Assembly (NCBI RefSeq): GCF_001194135.2
Contig: NC_068988.1
Location: forward strand, 60,493,980 to 60,529,633
Source: Octopus bimaculoides
Taxonomy: Eukaryota
Direction of reading: 5' to 3'
Length of the DNA stretch: 35,654 nucleotides
The notes beneath the pieces are model-generated. The model did not search any database. It was not told the origin of the DNA and saw only the letters and a list, made by a program, of their open reading frames with translations. Positions 33,076-35,654 of this stretch are shown piece after piece. Both the position numbers and the translations under genes were made by a program. Each line of letters opens with the position of its first letter. Positions within the stretch are counted from its first letter, which is position 1.

Positions 33076-33222
33076 CTGACAAGAAATGGTAAGGCACCTT
33101 CCAATTCCACACAATGTGAGAAAATCTCAACCCAAACATCAATAGGCACAGCATTGATATGAGAGAAGTGTACAACAGGGGTTTTGTCTTCTGTCACTTT
33201 CTGTCGTCTCTTTTTGTGTAAT
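33076..33222 (-). CDS. FBXL6: F-box/LRR protein, first visible coding exon (start of F-box; internal exon, phase 2 to 2)
   Basis: ttttcAG acceptor at 33224-33223 and GTAAGC donor at 33075. Translates LHKKRRQKVTEDKTPVVHFSHINAVPIDVWVEIFSHCVELEGALPFLV(R), resembling the FBXL6 F-box (recalled as PxEILVQIF..GPMPFLGR). Confidence 0.88.
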
Positions 33223-33240
33223 CTGAAAATATTTAATTAA

Positions 33241-33456
33241 CCCTTTAATTACTCTGTCAAATGTAAGTGCTTATTTATTCACATTGTTTTTAGTTAATCA
33301 TGCATTATCTCTTTGCTTCAAGATTTTGATGATGTGATGGTTTATTTTTAGAATGATGTATTAGGGTAGTTGTGAGAGGCTGGATCTGGCCAGTGTGTAC
33401 ATAAAGTAAGTAGGACTTAGGTTGGATATGGCCAGCTTAGCTTAAATGCTAAAGGG
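33241..33456 (+). mobile_element. piggyBac-like MITE
   Basis: TTAA|CCCTTTA....TAAAGGG|TTAA (TSD at 33237-33240 and 33457-33460). Confidence 0.8.
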
Positions 33457-34078
33457 TTAAAAAAGTGTGGAAAAAAAAATGATGAAATAACTGGCTTGTG
33501 GATTTATTGTATTATCTACAACACTTATTGCATTATCTTTCCAAAGGCATGTGAACTAGTGGTGCAAATGTTTAGCTCACATTCGTAAAGCGGTGGGTTC
33601 AATTTCTTGAAGTGGGCAGCGCATTGTGTCTCTATTTCATGTTGCTCCAATCTACTCAGTAATAAGTACCAGCTGGTAGCTGGAGAAGCCCCATCTCTTT
33701 CCAGCTGTCACAATCTGAATATGTCACTGGATCAAGAATGAAGAGGCAAAAGTGACTCTTGGGTGTCTATGTCAGCTCATGACTACATCTTAAGGCAATC
33801 ATTGAAAGCATGGCCCACATTACCAAACTTTACTCACTCTCAGTTGATGGCTAGCTGTACTAGCCATCAGGGAAACAGCTGGGCTCAGTGTATAGAAAAG
33901 GAATAAGAAAGAGCTACATATGTGTCTTGTGTGAACTGTGAGTGCATAAGAGATGTACTAGGATCATAGGAAAGCTGACAATGAATACATTGCATGTGGC
34001 AGATGTACAGGAGTAGTTAGCAGATAGACCACCAGTAAAATAAACTCTTCTCAATGTTCAGAAGATTCCATAAACATA

Positions 34079-34273
34079 CCATATTTTCCAGCATACAAGT
34101 TAAATCTTTCAGACGAAAATCTGAAGACAGAAAAAGGTAGGTTGACTTATACACCAAAGTGAATTTAGAGGACTGAAAATACCATGTGAAATGCAGCAGG
34201 GAAAATAGAGACAATATTTTATTGTTGCACGACATGTTTACACAGTCAGTATTTATACAGGATAATATGATGG
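34079..34273. mobile_element. pogo/Tc2-type MITE nested in the RTE relic
   Basis: TA|CCATATTTTCCAGCATACAAG ... TATACAGGATAATATGATGG|TA. The RTE frame resumes on either side. Confidence 0.65.
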
Positions 34274-34794
34274 TATCTTCCTGTTACCTAGGCAATCTAA
34301 CCAGCTGCAGAAAAGAGTTTTCTGAAAGCAGGGTAGCCAGAATAAGAACAAGAAAGTAATAGTTTAGGGAGCTGTTCTACTGTTCACAAGAGGAATTCTC
34401 TCTTTGCCCGAATGGTAGATTGTATGTCACTTGTATACTAAGTGCAATGCTTCATGGTAGCGAGACGTTGGCAATGAATACAGAGGATGTTTGAAGGTGG
34501 GGAAGAAAAGAAGTAAGCATGTTGTGCTGGATGTGTAATGTTAGTTGGCATGAGCGACATAGTAGAGGTAAGCTGAGAGAAAAAGAAAAAGTATGTATAA
34601 GAGGAAGCAGAGAGTCTGCATGACTGAAGACTGTATAGGTATGAACTTGCAATGAGTTTGAATGATGAGAGACGAGTAAAGAAGCACCAAGAGATCTATG
34701 TGGAAGGAAACTAAGAAAGAGAAAGACTGAGAATGACATGGAGCAGAAGCTGTAAAAGTCAATCTCAAGGTGGTGAACTTCACAAAGATGACAA

Positions 34795-34961
34795 CATCAT
34801 CATCATCATCGTCGTTTAACGTCCACTTTCCATGCTAGCATGGGCTGGACGATTTGACTGAGGACTGGTGAAACCAGATGGCTACACCAGGCTCCAGTCT
34901 GATTTGGCAGAGTTTCTACAGCTGGATGCCCTTCCTAACGCCAACCACTCAGAGAGTGTAG
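34795..34961 (-). mobile_element. Family C copy nested antisense in the RTE relic
   Basis: (CAT)n gtcgtttaacgtccactttccatgc..gagagtgtag; RTE sequence continues at 34962. Confidence 0.9.
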
Positions 34962-35351
34962 TCAAATGGCAAGATGCTGTTTTGGAGAGGACCTGTCTAA
35001 CCTATGCAAGCATGGAAAAGCAGACCTGTAGATGATGACGATGATGACAAAAGTCAAAGTAACTCAGAAGATAGAAAACCAAAACAACTACATGCTTTAT
35101 AATTCTTTGTGCATTACAGCTATTTTCTCATGCTACCAACAATGAGACATGCGCAAATTCTGATGCTGTAATAATAAGCACACTAACAGTCAGAGGCATT
35201 CCATCCATGACCACCCTGCTTCATATTTATGAAGTATATACAAGACTAGATTATCTAACATGTCTGCTGTTTTAAGATGATACAGCATGATTTAAAGAAT
35301 TGGCCTTTAGCTCTAGCAGACTGGGTGACCATGAAGAGGCACCAGTACATA

Positions 35352-35654
35352 TGTTGTTGTTGGCACTCTGTCGCTTACGACGTCGACGGTTTCAGTTGAT
35401 CCGATCAACGGAACAGCATGCTCGTGAAATTAACGTGCAAGTGGCTGAGCACTCCACAGACACGTGTACCCTTAACGTAGATCTTGGGGATATTCAGCGT
35501 GACAAGGCTGACCCTTTGAATTACAGGCACAACAGAAACAGGAAGTAAGAGTGAGAGAAAGTTGTGGTGAAAGAGTACAGCAGGGTTCGCCACCATCCCC
35601 TGCTGGAGCCTCGTGGAGCTTTTAAGTGCTTTCGCTCAATAAACACTCACAACG
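35352..35654 (-). mobile_element. Family B SINE (cut by the window end)
   Basis: Reverse complement is nearly identical to 12718-13022. Confidence 0.9.

Larger units (their letters stand above)
33860..35047 (+). mobile_element. RTE-clade LINE 3' relic with a PHD-like finger and two nested insertions
   Basis: PSGK..CVLCEL*VHKRC..ACGRCTG; SCYLGN..ARIR; GRLYVTCILSAMLHGSETLAM..MLCWMCNV; KWQDAVLERT; (GAT)n tail at ~35031-35047. Confidence 0.85.

Noticed and set aside
34081-34172. Minus-strand exon-like segment as the missing FBXL6 5' exon
   Set aside because: It is inside a pogo-type MITE, and the phase needed to join 33222 creates stops.

Overview
AT-rich, microsatellite-dense eukaryotic scaffold with 7 N-gaps. 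The repeat landscape looks cephalopod, probably Octopus; this is recognition from memory, not a database result. One host gene is well supported: an F-box/leucine-rich-repeat gene on the minus strand, most similar to FBXL6. Nine coding exons run from 33222 to the stop at 16775, all with GT-AG boundaries and matching phases (1285 nt, 427 aa). The start exon was not found and probably lies beyond 35654. The rest is mostly decayed mobile DNA: two RTE-clade LINE relics, two full-length defective mariners and a mariner MITE, a Buster-type hAT nested in a Chapaev3-like ORF, a Penelope-like RT fragment, several MITEs and several SINE-like families (working labels A-F). The most interesting signals are: (1) three different minimal hammerhead-ribozyme motifs of Penelope type, one in a 234-bp TSD-flanked fold-back element and one in the sense strand of an FBXL6 intron; (2) a six-unit degenerate array that duplicates an FBXL6 3' splice site plus the exon start; (3) an RTE relic with a PHD-like finger whose 3' end is shared with the commonest short repeat family. 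No rRNA, true tRNA or CRISPR is supported.
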